Shown piece after piece: positions 59,786 to 64,000 of a stretch of 64,000 nucleotides of DNA. Location: assembly GCA_025603075.1 (NCBI GenBank), contig MU626291.1, positions 1 through 64,000 on the forward strand, written 5' to 3'. Both the position numbers and the translations under genes were made by a program. Positions within the stretch are counted from its first letter, which is position 1, and the number at the start of each line of letters is the position of its first letter. This DNA comes from Neoconidiobolus thromboides FSU 785 (Eukaryota > Fungi > Entomophthoromycota). A model generated the notes under the pieces. That model was not told the origin of the DNA and searched no databases. It saw nothing but the letters and a program-made list of their open reading frames with translations.

Positions 59786-61805
59786 TTAAAGTTCTGTTTC
59801 ATATGTATTAGTGCAATTGACCCATCTGGAAGATCGAAAAAGGTTTCCATGCATCCATTTAAGTGAGTTAGCACTTTCATTTATTAGATGATTTTCATCT
59901 TCGAAATAAAGAAACCTAGATGGGATACCTTTAAGTTGAAGAGCAGTAAAAACGCCTATTCTTTTAGGTTCATTAACACGATAATTGTTTCCACTATAAA
60001 TAATCAAAGTAGGAACCTTCCGCCCTTGAATGAAATTTGAAAGAGGCAGTCTTTCAGCAATTTCTTTAACCTTTTTGGACCATACTACAGATACGAACTC
60101 ATTCTCTATGAATTAAAGCTCTTCAGTACTGTAAAGTTTACTAGGAATATTGAAAGTACCATCATGGACAACCAGAGCTTAAAAACAATCAGTATGTCCA
60201 TTGATCTAACTCATCATAAAGCCACCATGTGAAGCTCCTCAAGCAACAATTTCATTGACATCTAAACATTTATAGTTAGTAAGGTCGTAATCAAAGCTCT
60301 TCATTAAATCTTCAAATGAATACGTACCCTAATTTTGAAGGATACATCGAATAAATTTATTGCGCTAAACTCATGAGCCATGAAAATTAATAGAGATAAC
60401 CACATAATCGGCATTAGGAGGGATTTGATAGTTCTAACGAGTTAATCAATTATTATCAAAGGAAGATTCTGGGCCACCATGTACCCAAAACATAACTGAG
60501 GGGGTTTTTAAAATTAAAACCTGATGAGTTAATCAAAAAGCCTTTAGCTCTTTCTTTTAAGGCACTAATAAAATAGAAAGGTTCATGACTACCGAATTTG
60601 ATTAAAATTTTGACACTAATACTGAAAACAAGTTTAAGCTTATTATCATTGTTACTTAGAATGAATAGCGTGTAGGCCTTTAGTCGATCCCTTGGAAGCC
60701 AAAAGTTTATCTTCATATTTAGTCGATAATCTAGTAGTTCCAATTTTTACAATAACTTTATATTCAGAGTTTTAATGTTGAATTTATAAAGTTTGTTATG
60801 GCCATCGTCGGCTAAGATAAGATAAAGGTCTTGCTATTTTTTGAGAGAAAATATTTTTCTGGCTAGGCATTCCATTCATTATTATTCAATACTTTTATAT
60901 TCTTTGTTTTTAGATTGTATAAAATAATTAATCCTTTACTATACTCATTGCTATTTTTAGTCATCTGTACCCAAGGAAGATATTTATCATCTGATGAGAA
61001 TTTGCCACTTAAAACAGCACCTAATCCTTTTCCCAAAATCAATTCAAGTTTAGGTTTCCCAGTAGTGGAGACGAGATGAAAATGAAGGTTAGTTTTCCAA
61101 GCTTGAAACTTTGGATCAGGATGAGTAGCAAAAGCAACCAACTTGGCATTTGGGGAAAGAGCATAATTACTTAGATCGTAGTATGGGCGAATCGGTGACT
61201 TGAATTTGACATTATTTCCCACAAGGTTTTTAACTTGAGTAGTCATTTTATCTGCACTTAAATCAGCGACACGAATGTGCTGATGAGTTCAATCATGCCA
61301 CATATCTCAATAAAGAATGTAGAGTTGGTCGTGAACTTTAGCACTTGGAAAAGCTTTTATGAATTTTTTAACTAATATCCTGATTGTGAATATAAATTTA
61401 CCAGCATTAAAATTATATTATGCCCCGCCAACTCTTCCCAAGTAAAGTTAATAGGTTACCTAAGAGATTCAGAACCAATATTTAGGTTTAATTTCCATAC
61501 ATTTGAGTTTCAGAACAAGGATAAGTAAAAGCTACATGATCCTTTCAATGAAACACTGTAAAAATCGTTGTTAATCAATGAAGTAATGTCACTAGTTTTT
61601 CCAGCAACTACTTCCAAAAAATCGTTTTAGTGTCTTAAATCGTAGTTGAATAAATTACTTTATTTCCTTTTAATGATGCAACAAATAGGCCTAGGGGAGG
61701 CATAGTTGCTAAATCAGTTGAAGTAAAAGGTTTTATATCAGCTGACGCTCTAGGATAGCTGGCTAAAACAATAATAAATAAAACAAGATAATATTTGGAA
61801 TTCAT
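59786..61805 (-). pseudogene. Pseudogene paralog of the S9/DPP5-like peptidase
   Basis: MNSKYYLVLFIIVLAS...KPFTSTDLATM; ALSPNAKLVAF; VA*GASHGGFMMS*INGHTDCF*ALVVHDG; FEDENHLI; several stops and frameshifts. Confidence 0.88.
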
Positions 61806-62432
61806 TATGCAAATTAGCTAAATTAAATTATCTATCTTAGAAACTATATTGAGAAAAACAAAAAAATAGTTTACTATACAAAAGCTCGACTTGGTGTGTC
61901 TGCTCTTTTTTATAGCATTTAGCTTCTAGAATTTTATTAAATAAACAAAATGATCATGAGTACACTATGAGTTGAATTTCTTGGTTTATTCTTCTTCCCA
62001 CGGATTTCTTTACTAACAATAAAAATCTCAATAGAGTTTAAATTTTCAATGATAACAATATCGTAGTATCTTAATTTCTAGAGAATTTACTAGTCCTTTG
62101 ATTAAATATAAGTAATAATCCAACAATAAGGCCAAAAAGACAAGGAACTAAAAAATAACATGAGTCAAATTGTAGTTACTTTGATAAGATGCTATAATTT
62201 TTTATAACTCCAATGATTTTTTTCAAAAGAAACAGCAGATTTGTGAAGATATGCATTTTCTAAAATGATGTGAGAGGCTTCAATAGCCTTGGTATAAAAG
62301 CTATATTTATATTACATTAATGCTATATAATATAGTTTAGCTTACTTTCAGATTTCAAAATAAGACTGTGATTTCTGTAGTGCCTCAAAATATCAATTGG
62401 TTAGATTTCTAATGAGTCATTTATTAATTAGG

Positions 62433-62537
62433 ATATAGGCTGTATTTTTCTGTTTAAGAATTTTACTAATAACTTTTTCACCCAAATAGTGCTTAAAGGA
62501 TGGAAAAACCGATGAAACCAAAAAAACATTACCATAT
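62433..62537 (+). mobile_element. MITE copy (ATAT TSD)
   Basis: Consensus match with ATAT on both sides. Confidence 0.85.
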
Positions 62538-62610
62538 AATTTAGTTTGATTTTTTATATTTCACAAGTTTTTTATTCCACTTTTTTCAGGACAAATTCGC
62601 TTGAGCATAT

Positions 62611-64000
62611 GGGGTTGTCCAAATTGGTTTCAGAATTTATTTGGAAGTTAATTCAAATTTTAAATTTGTGTCTAATGTGATGGTTAAATCTAAAAAGCCC
62701 AAATTAAATCTCTCTATTTAAAACTTACTTTAATTGTTTCCTTTTCTTAAATAGCTAATTTTCCTAATTATATGTTTTATGTTATTTCTATTAGATATTT
62801 AATAGATATATAATATATAACTATATGTTTATACAGTTATATAAGTACAGTTATTTGGTTTTATTTTTTGTTGAAATAAAAATAAAATGCGAATTTTCAT
62901 AACTTCGAAATGGAATTTTTGAAAATCTCAATACAATAGGGAGGAATACACAATATAAACATTGTAATTCATTTACACCAATTTTAAGAGCTACTTGTAA
63001 CAATCCAAGGTTTATGAAGTTTTATAATAAAATAAAACAAAGAAAAGATATATTATCAAAGTTTACTATTGATAATAATAAACTTAACCAAGTAATGTAT
63101 AAAATTAGTGCTTTGAGGGAAACAGGAAATAAAAATCAATAAGTAGTGTTATTATTAACTATAACTTCAGTATATTCTTTTGATGAATGTAAAAGTTTTG
63201 GGCTTAATATAAATAGAAATCAATATGATTATTCAAAAATAAGTAATAATAGTAATAAAATATTAACGGTAAAACCTATCTATTATTAAAAATACAAAAA
63301 AAATTAAAGATGACCAAATTGAGACTATTATACAATATTTACTAAATGATCCAACTATTTTATCAAGATTTAATAAAAAAAATAATGACAGTAAATATTC
63401 ATCAGATAATATATATTAAATAAAAGTAGAAGAATAATATATAGTAAATATTTTAATGATTTAAAAGATAAAGCAGTAGCTAGGTCAACGTTTTTTAAAT
63501 ATGTACCAAGTAATTTCAAAAATCCAGCAAGAAAAATAGGTCCATGTAATATGTGCCCAGTATACAGTTAGAAAAAAGTTATTTGAAAATATGGGAATGA
63601 TTTTTTTGATCTCATTACTTTTTCCATTTTTAGGCGCTATTTAAGTGGAAAAATTGTTAGTAAAACTCTTAAATATAAAAATACATCACCATATAATAAA
63701 TACAACAATAAAAAACAAAGCAGAGATAGAAGAAATTTTTAATGAAGAAGAAAGATTATACAAATTACACAAATCCTGTGTTGATGCTCAAAAAAACACA
63801 TTTAATGAAACTATTAAAAAATTAAATAATAAAGGTTGTATAATAATGTTAGATTTTAAACAAAATATGGAAATAGGAACAAGACCAGATTCAATAAATC
63901 TAGATCATTATAATAAACAAGCTATATCAGTATTAGGTTTTGGTGTTTTATATTTAGAAGATGATAAAACAATAGGCAAAGTTTACTTTGATTATTTGTC
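62611..64000 (+). mobile_element. Decayed Sola-like DNA transposon (left terminus plus disrupted transposase, continues past the window)
   Basis: ATAT-GGGGTTGTCCAAATTGGTTTCA terminus; frames give RSTFFKYVPSNFKNPARKIGPCNMC (Cys 63545-63556) and LHKSCVDAQKNTF...CIIMLDFKQNMEIG...QAISVLGF...YFDYL (DFKQN 63852-63866); stops, frameshifts and a MITE insertion. Confidence 0.65.
63589..63694 (-). mobile_element. MITE copy inserted in the transposase remnant (ATAT TSD)
   Basis: Removing the element plus one ATAT (102 bp) joins RKKLFEN to IINTTIKNKAEIEEIF in one frame. Confidence 0.9.

Noticed and set aside
17745-61805. RIP-like mutation as cause of the pseudogenes (TGG to TGA/TAG)
   Set aside because: Too few informative sites by eye; frameshifts and A-to-T stops also occur, and general AT bias suffices.
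1-64000. Anaerobic gut fungus (Neocallimastigomycota) as source because of extreme AT content
   Set aside because: Mitochondrial translation factors (Era, RMND1) and an oxygen-dependent tyrosinase argue against a hydrogenosomal organism.

Overview
Very AT-rich eukaryotic genomic DNA with short (about 45-70 nt) GT-AG introns; no rRNA, tRNA or CRISPR array seen. Gene content (mitochondrial Era, RMND1/Mrx10 and IBA57, secreted tyrosinase, DPP5-type S9 peptidase) fits an aerobic early-diverging fungus such as an Entomophthorales species (inference only). Compact housekeeping blocks (9.3-17.2 kb, 28-38 kb, 43.6-48.4 kb) alternate with repeat-rich accessory DNA carrying secreted-protein genes. Highlights: (1) three highly diverged Nup170/Nup155-family nucleoporin paralogs within 19 kb that share intron positions; (2) an unrecognised four-member secreted Ser/Thr-rich family with a conserved ~40-aa one-Cys core and Tyr/Trp-rich tail, plus a Lys-Tyr repeat secreted protein missed by the ORF track and a secreted tyrosinase, possibly a cross-linked surface coat or adhesive system; (3) 24 copies of a ~98-bp MITE with 4-bp AWWT target duplications, and at the right edge a decayed Sola-like transposon whose terminus matches the MITE ends and which carries a MITE insertion; (4) a solo-LTR-like element inserted in reverse into another copy of itself; (5) a stand-alone CENP-B/pogo-like DNA-binding ORF, a CC2D1/Lgd-like gene and an apparently inactive PA/M28 membrane protein. 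Exon models and family calls were made by eye without database searches.
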